A stretch of DNA of 64,000 nucleotides from Antedon mediterranea (GCF_964355755.1 NC_092678.1:6588422-6652421); one strand, 5' to 3'; positions 41,092-54,533 are shown, counted from the first letter of the stretch. Made by a program: numbers and translations. Notes: generated by a model from the letters alone, not told the origin.

Positions 41092-44000
41092 AAATCTGTA
41101 CATCTCATCTTTATTTTTGTAAAAATGGGTACTAAGTGTTCGTATACAATTGTATGTGTAACGTTATATCTAAGAATGTTGGTTCACAAATTTACGCACT
41201 CATCTCATACTGTAAACATAATTGAAAAAAATTCAAAAGTATTTTTGCAAAAGATAAAACTTTTGTAAATGTTTTTTAGCACAATCTGTATTTTTTCCTC
41301 AACTTTTTAGTGGTAAAATGGTCACCCGACCAGTAGACATACTTTAATGTTATTGGAATTTGTTTAGTACAGCCGTTAGCCAGTGAGTAGTACTATTACT
41401 AGGAATTACGATTTTAACATAATTTCACCTCTTTTACCTAGAAAGAAAATGCCATTTTTGTTTTGTCACAAAAAGTGAATCTTTTTTTGACCTATGCAAT
41501 TACTTTTAACAGGGATACTTTTACTTTTAGATTGTGATTCTCAAATTTTGCAATACTGGAATCACGATACAGTAATTTCAAGTAATATTAAACATTTTTT
41601 TACTTCGTTTTATTTATGGTTATTTTGGGGGTTTTTATGTTTATTTACAACAATTGACTTGAAATTGTTTATAATTAATTTATACAGTGCTTCACCTAAA
41701 GTAAGTGTAACTATTAAGTCTGTAGAATACTTCTAACAATAATTTTCTCTTTTTGTAAACATTATTTATTCAAGAATTTTTTTAAAACATTAAAGTAATC
41801 TTATTAAATACTAGCTTACACTCAAAAGCATTATTTTTGCATTTGTTTTTAGAAAATACACAAAAAAGTTATAAAAAAATAACACTTTACCGGAAACAGT
41901 AAATAAAAAAAAATTAAAAGGGCGGTAAACTTGTAATTTGTAAATGTTTTAAAACTGCAAATGTATATAATGATTATTTTGCATTTAAATTAAATTTTAT
42001 TCTATGTACAGATATATATGTTGAATGAACAGTAGGAACGAATAGCAGAGATTTGTTGAGAAGTGTAGACATTTTTTTCTTCAATAAACACATTTTTTAA
42101 AAAGCATTTATTTCGTCACAAAATGAGAGCAAATTAAACTTCACATTTGGAAACATTTTTGTTTTGTTTTAGTAAATATTTTAAATAAAGCACAATAAGA
42201 AACAAACAGAAATTGTGAAGTTTATTTGTGAAGTTGAGTTCAAACACTCTGTAATATCTATATGGTAGGAACATAATTCCATTATGTTATAGCGCCCTCT
42301 ATTGTTTGAATAACATTTATTAAGCAGTTCTATTTCTTACAATAATTTAAAGTCTACAAATATTTTGTACTTTGTATGTAAATTAACATGTTTGTGTTGT
42401 CAATAAGGAATCATGTCAAAATTACTCTACTGCAGTTACTGCAGCTGTAACTACAGTGATATTTAATTTTAGTTTATGAAGTAGTCACTGCAATAAACAG
42501 GTTACTGAATAATTTAAACGGTTTAAAGAGTTGATAAACAGTTGCTAAAATGTAGTAACTGCAGTAGATGTTTTTTGGCTCTCATTTTCTGAAAAACCTT
42601 CTGTGTTCCTAAATTTATTGACCTTTTAATATTTTATTACAATATGGTATTTTTGGTGCAGCACATGCTAGGATTATTCTCTACCCAATAGTACACAGGG
42701 TTTTTTGTTTACAAACTTTTACCTATTATTTACATTTTTAAACTTATCAATACTTTTTTCTTGGAAAAAATGCTACATTGGTTTTATCCCATAATGTCGG
42801 CAAAACATTTTAATCATGTGCAAAAATATTCATATTAGTACGGAAATATTAGTATAATAATTGATACCTCCTCCATGAGTGGTCCAGTGGTTTATGATCT
42901 AGGTCTGGAGCCCTTTATTTTAATTGTGAAATTTCACTCTTACAGCTGATGAGCTAACGAGTGTTTTCAACAGTATTCTGTTCCTTTCTACTTGGAAACT
43001 AGTGTTTATTTTAACATACTTTCACTGATTATGGACATTTCTTATACCAAGATAAGAGCTAATTGTTTTCGATGGCATGGCAATTTTACACCAAAAGATG
43101 GCATGCTTCCATGGCTGATTTTTAGAAGTACTTGATGTTTTTTTTTCTCAGTAAAAGATTTGTGTGTAGAGAACATCAAGATATTATTATTTATATTATC
43201 TGCAGGCCGTGCAGCACCTCTGCCAATATGAAATCTCACAATTGCACACCAAGCAGAAACTCTTCTTCCACATGTATCTAGGTTCTACGTTTAATTATTA
43301 GTAAAAAATATAAGCATTTTGGCACACATGGCGTGTCATACGTATACTTAGCTGGAATCAGCGTCCAGGCAACTGGTGTTTTGGCAGTTGTTGATAAACA
43401 TGTGCCGCCGCTCGTAAATGGAATACTAACATGACAAAGACGATAACTAGAAGAGCTGCAATGTACACATTCTAAGAAAACTTTCTCTGTAAAGTATAAT
43501 ACTATTTTCGGTAGTGAAACGTCAGAATGCGTTTTTGTCTTGAGTGTAATTTGAAAGTTTATTGAAGAAAAGCACATAAATAAATGATCTCACTTCAAAA
43601 AACTTTATTGAATGTGTTTCTTTGTTTTGTATAGCCCAACTCAGACAGCGTTACGACGACAAGGCGAGACGTAATTGTCATGAATCGGGACTGTTTTGTG
43701 CAGCTGTCATTATGTACATCTTAACTGACTCTCGCAAGTCATATAAATACAAGTCGTCTTGGTGTATTATTACCTACTTTCAGCTCCGTTTTTCAATGTA
43801 TTGTTAAATGAATGTTAGAAAAAGGAATACCTTCAAAACATTTCCCTTTTCTTATTTATTTCTCGAGCAACTTTTCAGCTCCCCAATTAGCTTACTTAAT
43901 GTCTCGAACTTATTTCCATCCTATATTTCAGCGCAATCGAATCCCTAACCCCATTTCCCCGTATATTTGACGTATTGTATTTGACGTACCAATACGCAAA

Positions 44001-45239
44001 CGTCAATTTCCATAGATCTCTTGCGTTGTATCTGGTTTCAAATAATAAAACTAAGCATTAGTTTTCCGAGTCCTTAAATACCGACTGACTTTAAATTATG
44101 CTCGAAAGTCTCTAAATGATTCAAAACGTACTTACGTGAAGCGCGCGCATCCCAAATTAGTAATAACTCTAAAAATAAAATATCGCGAAAATTTCGGTTT
44201 GCCTATTTGGGTTTTGATGAGTTTATTTTAAGAACTTCTAACTCCATTTTCAATTTATTATTTAACTTCAATTGTTCGAAACAATAATACTAATGTTAGC
44301 ATATTATACTAATAGATCTAAATGTAATAGGTTTAATGGTTTTAAATTAGTTTATAGGCCTATGTATTTACAACTATTTACCAGGCGTTTTTCTTTTTAT
44401 TAATACTCATGTACACGTAATTTTATTCAAACGAATTTTTATTAGTGTGTATAAATGTCCGTTGTTTATATAATACAGTAGTCTTACCGTCATTGAATTC
44501 GTCTCTGTCGGCCGCTACTCATTTCTTTTTCCCGAAGTATTAAAAAATTGCATTTCTTAGCAACCATACCAATTATGAAATTAAAATCAACTTTTTATCT
44601 TCTTAGCTGTCTGTGTGTCACTAAATCGTTTCATTAAAATGCGAACGATTGCCAATTTTAGGAGTTTGTCATCTGAAAAGTGCCGGACATCCATTATTTA
44701 AAAATACGCGCGTTCACTGTTACCCGCCGCTGTGTCGAATGCGGTTTCAACCTGTTTTTGTTTTGAAATTTGACGTCTTGTTTCCAGCTGTTCTCAGACA
44801 CAAAAGACATTCCATGCAAATGAACCGACTATTGTTCTTACGGTGTTGTTGTTGTTGGTGGTATCTTGGGGATGAAGACAAGACGATCTGAACAGTAAGC
44901 ACTCTGAGGTACGTCACTATTGCTTTCAATGTATTTATTTTATATGCTAGTGATAGTATTGTTTGTAATGTTTCTTGTACATAATGACAATACAACTATA
45001 TGTCACTCGTTTTAGGCATACCATTAAATAAAAACGTTTTAATATAATTATGTGCCCGCTACTACGGCTGGTAGTGGTCGTTTGTGAGGCGGGTGAGGGG
45101 TTATACGCTGGGTCCGGTAAAAGCAAGGCTTGCATAGATTTCACTAATTGGATGGCGCAACGCAAAGACGTATACGTAAACGAAACGCAATGATTGACTA
45201 ATCTATTGCTAGATGGTGAAATTACTTTCATGATGATAA

Positions 45240-45422
45240 AGCTTGGTTCCCACTACGTAACGTAATGCAACCTACGCAATAATTGTATTTTTTCCCCACC
45301 TGCGTGAAATCAACCTGCGATTTTTTGCAGCACTGTTGTGTCGTCGGTTCCCACTTGTGATTACGCAATACATCACTTTACGTCAATACGTCGCTGCGTT
45401 GCGTTCTAGTGGGAACCACACT
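45240..45422. mobile_element. Harbinger-like MITE
   Basis: Imperfect TIRs AGCTTGGTTCCCACTA / TAGTGGGAACCACACT flanked by TAA and TTA; a diverged partial second copy lies at about 45575-45850. Confidence 0.65.
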
Positions 45423-46063
45423 TTACGTACGTCCTAACGTTGCGTACGAACCCGTTTTGATTCTTAAAAGGGAAATCCCCGTCCCCTCACATTCAAGCGG
45501 TTAAGTTCCTTCACCTCGCCTTACGACGGAAAACCGCATAGTTGCATTTACTGTAATTTTGCACGTTAAGCGTGTGACGCAACGTAACAAATTGCCCTTC
45601 CATTAATTGTGTTTTTCCCCGTCAGCGTGAAATCAAACCTGCTTGTTGCGCCTCAACGTTAGCATGCCGTAGAATTTGAGTACAGCGCGTTCTTTTGAGT
45701 ACCCGCTGTACTGTATGTTTTCCGGTGTTCTTTTGCCTTGCGTTATTGCGTGAAAACAAACTGATTTGATTTCCCGTAGCGATGTTACATCGTCAGTTCC
45801 CAATTGTGATTACACAATACAGCACTTTGCGTCGATGTGTCGCTGCGTCGACATTATTATGGCGCTTTTATATGGGCGGCCATAATAGTCAAAATAACCA
45901 ATAAACAAAAATACAAACAAAATAGAAATAATAATAAAAGTAATAATAAAAGTAAAAGAAAAAGGAAACAAAAATGTACAATTTGGAAAATCAAATTAAT
46001 AGTTAAATTTCAACATCGAAAAAAACCCTAAAATTTGAGGGCAGTATTTATTAATATTACAGA

Positions 46064-46082
46064 CCCCCCCCCCCCCCCCCCC
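46064..46082. repeat. Poly(C) run
   Basis: About 19 consecutive C. Confidence 0.95.
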
Positions 46083-46885
46083 AACACTCTACCGAAAATG
46101 CCGGGAGTCTCCTTTTTTTAGACATCTTCTGCTCTCCTGAGGAAAATGCAATTTCCTCCTGGTATTTTGTTTAAACCAAAAAATATTCCGATAATAATTT
46201 ATAAAGAAAAAGAAAGAAACTATGCTAATATCGATCCGCAAGATGTTTAATAAGTAAATTTTGCGTCTTTGGCATGTATGACATACACTGTTTACTAATA
46301 TAATGCCAAAAACTTCAATAGCGCCCTCTATGAATGTATGTATATTTTTCAAAATGTTATAGCGCCCTCTAAAGTTTGGACATGATTTTGTAAACCTCTT
46401 AATATTTTTATTAATTAATTTTAATTTAGTATCAATGTTAAATACTGTATAAGTAGGCATATTTAGTGATTTGTTTCTACAATAATTGTAGAAGGAAACA
46501 ATGGTGTTTTTCAGCAGCAAAATCCATTAAACCGTGTATACACGATCGGAAAACACCCGTATTTGGGGAAAATCGTTGAACCTAAATTGGTTGAATTTGT
46601 TTTAATTGTCAATAACTAATTATCTAACTCAACTTAATTAGTAAACAGGGTTATGTTAGGTGGTTAAAATCAGTACCGAACGTATGAACCAACTTTATAT
46701 ACCATCGAGTAAACATTCTAGTGAATTAGAATTTTGCGTTTACGTAAATTTATATATAGATAATTGTATTTCAAAATTTGTGTAATTATTTATGTGGATT
46801 TCATGAAAGATATTTATAATACTGAACAAATTCTAGACTTAACGACAAAATTGGACTAGAAATTCACGAGAAATACCTTTCTGTT

Positions 46886-47823
46886 GATGTGGTGATGATG
46901 ATGATGATGATGATAGCGGTGGTGGTGATAATGATGTTGATGGTGGTGATAATGATGATGATGATAGCGGTGGTGGTGATAATGATGATGATGGTGATAA
47001 TGATGATGGTGGTGATAATGATGATGATGATAGCGGTGGTGATGATAATGATGATAGCGGTGGTGGTGATAATGATGATGATGGTGGTGGTGATAATGAT
47101 GATGATGGTGGTGGTGATAATGATGATGATGGTGGTGATAATGATGATGATGGTGGTGATAATGATGATGATGGTGGTGGTGATAATGATGATGATGATG
47201 GTGGTAGTGATAATGATGATGATGGTGGTGGTGATAATGATAATGATGATGTTGGTGGTGATAATGATAATGATGATGATGGTGATAATGATGATGATTG
47301 TGGTGATAATGATGATGATTGTGGTGATAATGATGATGATTGTGGTGATAATGATGATGATGGTGGTGATAATGATCATGATGGTGGTGATAATGATCAT
47401 GATGGTGGTAGTGATAATGATGATGGTGGTGGTGGTGATAATGATGATGATGGTGGTAATAATGATCATGATGGTGGTGATAATGATCATGATGGTGGTG
47501 ATAATGATGATGATGGTGGTGGTGATAATGATGATGGTGGTGGTGATAATGATGATGATGGTGGTGGTGATAATGATGATGATGGTGGTGATAATGATGA
47601 TGATGGTGGTGGTGATAATGATGATGGTGGTGGTGATAATGATGATGATGGTGGTGGTAATAACAATGCTGATGATGATGGTGGTGATACTGATATGATG
47701 ATGATGGTGATGATGATAGTGGTGAATGATATGATGGTGGTGGTGATAATTCAATGATGATGATGGTGTGATAATGATGATGATGGTGGTAGTGATAATG
47801 CTGATGATGGTGATGATGATGGT
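46886..47823. repeat. Compound trinucleotide repeat of GAT/GGT/AAT units
   Basis: ~940 bp with a ~21-bp higher-order pattern GGTGGTGATAATGATGATGAT; explains the His-, Ile- and Met-rich ORFs. Confidence 0.95.
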
Positions 47824-48698
47824 CAAGGGCTGACCGTCGTGCAGTGTATAGTACCGATGGTGCTGCTAATCTAGGTTGTTTAAAGTTAATATCACACGTA
47901 CTGTAAGGCAATTCAAAGCTAGAAATATCCCCTAAGCTATATTTTGAAGTTATCCAGCCTATTAGATTGGGTGAGTTCTTTCAAACTTGTAACGCAACTG
48001 ACAAAGCCCTACAGGTGGCCAATCACAATTCAATATCATTGTCAGGGGTGGTCGCAGGACTATTTTAATGGGGTTGCCCAATGAGTCCAGGCTGTAGACA
48101 CTGAGTAGGCCTATTTGAGCCACATGACCACCCATGGCATTGTTCTTTAGACAATGTTGAAAATACCAGCAAAAGAATACTACAGTACACAAATTAATTT
48201 CAATATATAACTCCACAATATTTAAAATATAATACTGTATAATATAAGTTAAGATATATTTTTTGGTCCATAATAAAATATGTTCTAAATAATTCATTTT
48301 ACAAACGACGTACATACAAAAATACATATTAACATTTACAAATATAATAAATATAATATAAAATACTGACATCTTATTGCACACTGATTATATAATCTTA
48401 TTGAATTTGTTACAAATAAAAAAAATTGTGTCTTATGTGATGAACGGGATGCAAAAATAAATATTAACTATGTAGAGATGGAATTAATCCAACATAATAT
48501 ATTATAATATATACAATTCATAATATATAACTGATTTTAAATATAGCATATTTGTAAATAATACAGTAAGTTAACCATTTCATAACAATAATAGTAACAT
48601 TATACAGGCAGATTAATAAAGGGCCTGTTTCTGATAGTAAGAGAATATGGATTTTCTTTCCAGCAGAAACAGGTTTGCATAAAAAGAATTGTTAGCAC

Positions 48699-49038
48699 GC
48701 GACTCTACAGCTCACTATGTCGGTCAGTCGGTAAACACTAACTTGAGCATGCAACTGCAGCCATGTATATGGCCTTGTTAAATATGGTTTTAAAAACCTC
48801 AAACCTCAGTCCATTGTCAAATACCGGTTCTAAAAAATGGTTTTAGTAAAGCAATTTTAGCTGCAATATTACGATCTTGTCTATAAAAACAGTTTTAAAA
48901 ACAGGTCTTAAATGAACACAAGTGAAAACACAAAATAAAACATAATTAATAAATAACAAGGCCATATACATGGCTGCAGTCGCATGCTCAAGTAGTGTTT
49001 ACCGACCAACCGACTGACATAGTGAGCCTTAGAGTCGC
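48699..49038. repeat. Long inverted repeat, ~82-bp arms, ~173-bp spacer
   Basis: GCGACTCTA...GCAGCCATGTATATGGCCTTGTTA (48699-48780) is inverted at 48954-49038 with few differences. Confidence 0.85.
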
Positions 49039-49215
49039 GTTGCACACGACTAAAAATATAGAACAATTAAATATTGAAAACATATCATCATTTGTATATA
49101 AATATTTGTAATTGACAGTATAATAAAATGATATTTAAAGATTTAATATTTCATCCTAATTAGTTTTTATTAGGACAAAATATAAAAACGTATGTAAAAA
49201 CATTCATTTTGACAA

Positions 49216-49395
49216 TAGGGAGCTTTTTATTTGCAACGATCGGCAATCAACCGGGTCAGGTAAATTGATGTTTCGACAGTTGTTTTCTGGACATAGACGA
49301 GGCGTGAGGACACACATCCCAAATATTCTCGCATGCGCACAATGAACTAACATGAGGAGTTTGGTGGTTGGTCATCGCAAATTGAAAGATCTCTA
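49216..49395. mobile_element. Degenerate MITE
   Basis: Imperfect 24-bp IR TAGGGAGCTTTTTATTTGCAACGA / TCATCGCAAATTGAAAGATCTCTA (18 of 24 match). Confidence 0.45.
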
Positions 49396-50238
49396 ATATT
49401 GCAAATTTACATGTGCATACAATATAACAAAACATAACTAAATTAGCAATACCACAAGATATGCTCATGGTTTATTTAATTTACTCTATTCTATGGCTGG
49501 AAGAAGGATACTACAATTAAAACCAGAATTACACACATCTTATACATAGAATCTACAATTAGAAAGACTTATTCAATGCACCAGCACTGAACTATTGTAC
49601 TAGATTGAGAAAGAAGATATCTGAGTGGTCTCATAATGAGTTAATGTAAAGCCAATGATGATGGACAATAAAGGGTAGATTGTTATAAATGCAAAATAAT
49701 AGGCCTATATTCTAGGTATAGATAGATTGATAACCTATGTTAGTTTTGAGATGCTGTCGGAAGAAAAAAAAACAATTAAAAAATATCATCAAAAACTAAC
49801 AATAGTAGTAGGTTTATTAGGTGTCTAATCTATTACCAATGGTTGATCACCAAAATGAAGATTTAAAAGGAAAAAACTATCTGTATGTTTGTATTAATTA
49901 ATTAATTAAATCTAAAAATTCTTATAAACATTTAATAACAGTTTAATACACAAGTAAACTATAAGATTGAAAAGGCGAAATTGCAATCACTGTCATAGTA
50001 AAACCTAAAGACCTAATTCAATGATTTTTTGATTTTATACTAAAGTCACGTTTGTTGTCTAGTTTATTTTTGATATCTAAATATGTATATCTAGTTACAA
50101 AAAAAATTACTGAAGAATATAATTATGATTTCACATATTATGATGAATATTAATTTCATAGTCTGCTGAGCTACTGTATGTATTTTATGGTCAGGTATAA
50201 TTATTTTGAGCTATTTAAGAAATGTGATTTCTAGATTT

Positions 50239-53200
50239 TTAACTATGACAACTACTGATCCATTTCAATTTAGCAACTGATGTTTCATCTGTGATATCTG
50301 AAAGGTCATTGCCCATCAGATTCAGCATACCTTGTTTCAATGCTATTCCATTTCTTTCACATTTATTCAGTACATACAAAATGATACCACCTGAAAGATT
50401 GCAATCTGCTAAATTTACATTTTCTAGTTCTGGAGAGAATTTTAATAAACTAGCTAATTTTGATACTTCAATTGAAGATAGGTTAATCCCACTTAAATTT
50501 AACTTTTTCCATGTCAATATCCTACCATGTTCATAACAGGCATCTACAAGACCTCTTATGTTATCAACTGACAGGCTGTAATCAATAGGCATAAATTCAC
50601 AATTTGATGAATATTCATAATTAAGTAGATTCACCAACTTAGAAAGTGTAACACAATCAATATCTGAAAGATTGTTTCCCTTTAAAACAAGCATGTCACT
50701 TTTCAATACCACATTTTCTTTATCACATTCCTTCAATAAATCTTTTATTATACTACCTGAAAGATGGCAATTGCTCATATTAAGATGTTGTAGTTGTGGA
50801 GAGAATTTTAATAATGAAGCTAATTTTGATACTTCAATTGAAGATAGGTTAATCCCACTTAAATTCATCTTTTTCCATGTCAATATCCTACCATGTTCAT
50901 AACAGGCATCTACAAGACCTCTTATGTTATCAACTGACAGACTGTAACCAATAAGCATTCCGGGGAAGTACGATAAAATTCCATAATCATTGCAAAGTAG
51001 ATTCACCAACTTAGAAAGTGTAACACCATCAATATCTGAAAGATTGTTTCCATACAAACCAAGCATGTCACTTTTCAATACCACATTTTCTTTATCACAT
51101 TCATTCAATAAATCTTTTATTATACTACCCGAAAGATGGCAATTGCTCATTTCAAGATGTTCTAGTTGTGGAGAGAATTTTAATAAACAAGCCAATTTTG
51201 ATACTTCAATTGAAGATAGGTTAATCTCACTTAAATTCACATATTTCCAATTTAAATTTGTAATATCTTTATGACAGGCATCTGAAAGATCTTTTAAGTT
51301 ACTAAGTGACAGGCTATATTCAGTAAATGTGAATTGCCAATCAAAAATATTGGTTTCCTCAATTACTAAATTCACAAATTTAGAGAGTGAAACCCCATCA
51401 ATATCTGAAAGATTCAAGTTGTTTCCTTTTATATAAAGTATGGAAGGTTTCAATACCACATTTTCTTTATCACATTCATTCAATAAATCCTTTATTATAC
51501 TACCTGAAAGATGGCAGTCACTCATATCAAGATGTTCTAGTTGTGGAGAGAATTTTAATAACCAAGCTAATTTTGATCCTTCAATTGAAGATAGGTTAAT
51601 TCCACTTAAATCCAAACTTTTCCATATCAATATCCTACCATGTTCATAACAGGCATCTGCAAGACCTCTTATGTTATAAACTGACAGGCTGTAATCAGTA
51701 GGCCTCAATCCGCATTTATTGCGATAAAAATTATATCTATTCCCAAGTAGATTCACCAACTTAGAAAGTGTAACACCATCAATATCTGAAAGATTGTTTC
51801 CCTTTAAAACAAGCATGCCACTTTTCAATACCACATTTTCTTTATCACATTCATTCAATAAATCTTTTATAATACTACCTGAGAGATTGCAGTTACTCAT
51901 ATTAAGAAATTTTAGTTGTGGAGAGAATTTTAATAAGCAAGCTAATTTTAATCGTTCAATTGAAGATAGGTTAATCTCACTTAATTCCAACGCTTTCCAA
52001 TTCAAATTTGTACCATGATCAAGACAGGCATCTACAAGACCTTTCAAGTTATCAACTGTTAGACTATAATCAGTAAATGTGAATACATCACCCATTAGAT
52101 TTACCAACTTAGAAAGTGAAACCCCATTTATATCTGCAAAATTGTTTCCCTTTAGAGCAAGCATGCCAGGTTTCAATACCACCTTGTTTTTATCACATTC
52201 ATTAAATAAATCTTTTATTATACTACCCGAGAGATTACAATTTCTCATATTAAGACGTTGTAGGTGTGGAGAGAATTTTAATAAACAAGCTAATTTTGAT
52301 CCTTCAATTGAAGATAGGTTAATCTCACTTAATTTTAACTTTTTCCAATTCAAATTTGTACCACGATCAAGACAGGCATCTACAAGATCTTTTAGGTTAT
52401 TAACTGATAGACTATACGTAGTAAATGTGACTGCTAATTCATCAACTGCTAATTCATCATCAACATAAACATGCATTAGATTTACCAACTTAGAAAGTGA
52501 AACCCCATTTATATCACTTAAATAATTTTGTTCAAGTTGAATGGTTATATTAACTGGTAAGATATTTTCATCCAAAACCTGGTTCAATGTCACACCAGTT
52601 ACACTGTAAGGTTCAAAACACAGCATTTTAAGGTTAGGCGAATATTTCAACAAATGAAACAAGAATTCAGGACTCACTGACTTGTCAACTGTTAAATTTG
52701 TGAAGCCAGTGTATTGAAATTGAAATTTGTCCATTTCAGTTAAGAGGGTATCAATCTTGTCTTCAAAAAAATTTAAGGATGATAGATTATATCTATGTGC
52801 ATAATTGCGCCATTCCCCATGTGTAATTATAAATAAATGAACTAACATAGCACAACAATTGGTTTGTTTATTGGCTTCTGATTCCTTAATAGTTGAAAGC
52901 CAAGAATCAACATGTGCAACAAAGTTATCATTTTTAAGGCATCTGCTCATAAGTTGTATCAAATGTTGATTTTCTATTGGCGTTGCTCTATCCTCTTCCA
53001 TATTACTCTCAAGGTCAAAAGATAAAATATGTCTAAATGACTCTGACATGTCTGCACACGTTTCTTTCAGTTCTTCATCACTTGATGTTTTTGTATCTAA
53101 TTCTTCTATTACAGAATGATTATCTTCTGCCTTTACATATGTGAAATACTTTGCTAGTGAATACAAATTTGAAGCTTTTACTTTCAACCAATGTTTCATA

Positions 53201-54533
53201 AATTTACCAGCATCAGCACCTAGAAATCCTATAGTGAATATTATTGTCATATGTAGATATTCATTAGATATTATCAAGTCACATTCCTCCTCATTTAAAT
53301 CCTGACACTTTTCAGCAAGATAAAACCCTCCTAATGCCTCTGAAACTAACTTGTGTGGTGGAGAATACAACTCATTTTTATCACTTTTACTAAGAGGTGG
53401 ATTTTTGTAAACAAATCCAATTTTGAGTGCCAAGTCCACTATTGATTTATCAAACATAGTTGTGAACTCATACTTGTCAATGATCAGTTTATTTGTCTTT
53501 AGTCCTTCATAGATCCATTGACCTAATGCTATTATTGCAGTTTTATATTCAGCTGGAATTCTTTCAAAACTGGCAATTTCAGATTTATTTTCGTCACTAT
53601 TTACCTTGGATAAATATTGATTTAAAGTACAACAAATTAGTTCTTTGAAAAGATCTGATAAGTCATCCGAAAGGTTTCCGGATTCTTCCCATGTTTTGCA
53701 TATCATAAGTAATGACAAAGGAGATGAACACAATTCAAATACTGAATGCTCTTGCCTGTGTCGATTATAACACAATTTCCTAAATAGCCTTTCCCCTAAA
53801 TCCTTATTATTTGCAAAATATCTATTAATGTAGTTCTTTATACTTATTACACTGAATCCATTTACCTCCACATGCACATCACATTTATCAATAAATTTTG
53901 CAGTGTTTTCAGGTCGTGATGTTATTATTGTGGTGTTTTTAAAATCTGTATTTGTAAACAGGACCAAAGGATCACCAGCACCTTGCTGCAACTCATCTAA
54001 TCCATCTAACAGTAACATTATTTCATCCCCATGGTTGATTATGAATGTTTTAATTAACTGTACAGACTCTTCATCGTTTCTTGTACCGATACAAATAGTA
54101 AATGTTTCAAGATAATCTATATTAATAATAATGGCATCTAAGATTTTCTTTCCAGCCTGTAAGTCTCTGATATTTACTAGAAACACTATTTTATCAGAAA
54201 ATGTTTTATCTTTACCAGTAGCCCAGTTATAAGTAATGTATCTAAGAAGGGTTGTTTTTCCCATCCCACCTTTACCTGTAAATATGATTTTATGAGCATT
54301 TTTATCTTTTATCATCACCAATATCTCTTCCAATGTTTTAGGTACTTTTTCTTTCTGGTCATGTTGGCTTCTGTTCTGTTTTGTAGCTTCTGCTTGATTC
54401 TCTTTCTTACTTGATTGTACTAACTTGAGATCAGTGAATAACTCTTTTATATCGAGGTCCTCAAGAACTGCTGTTTCCAATTTGTTAAAATCTTTATATA
54501 ATTCTTGTTGCTTTTTTTTCAGGTATTTTTTAA
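50239..54533 (-). CDS. NOD-like receptor, coding exon 3: NACHT NTPase plus LRR region
   Basis: aacag acceptor at 54535-54534, phase 1, continuous with the 1413-aa ORF; Walker A GKGGMGKTT, Walker B LLLDGLDE, sensor-1 IITSRP, LCSSPLSL helical-domain motif, winged-helix His; C-terminal LxxLxLxxNxL repeats. Confidence 0.95.
50250..52540 (-). repeat. Six in-frame tandem LRR cassettes of 348-381 bp
   Basis: SK(L/F)VNL anchor at about 50631, 51003, 51372, 51753, 52101 and 52482; spacings 372, 369, 381, 348, 381, all multiples of three. Confidence 0.92.

Noticed and set aside
46856-47911. 351-aa His-rich, 320-aa Ile-rich and 269-aa Met-rich ORFs as genes
   Set aside because: All arise from one triplet repeat that lacks stops in several frames; there is no unique coding flank or splice context.
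50291-52468. Repeated + strand ORFs of 69-129 aa
   Set aside because: Antisense shadows of the NLR LRR cassettes.
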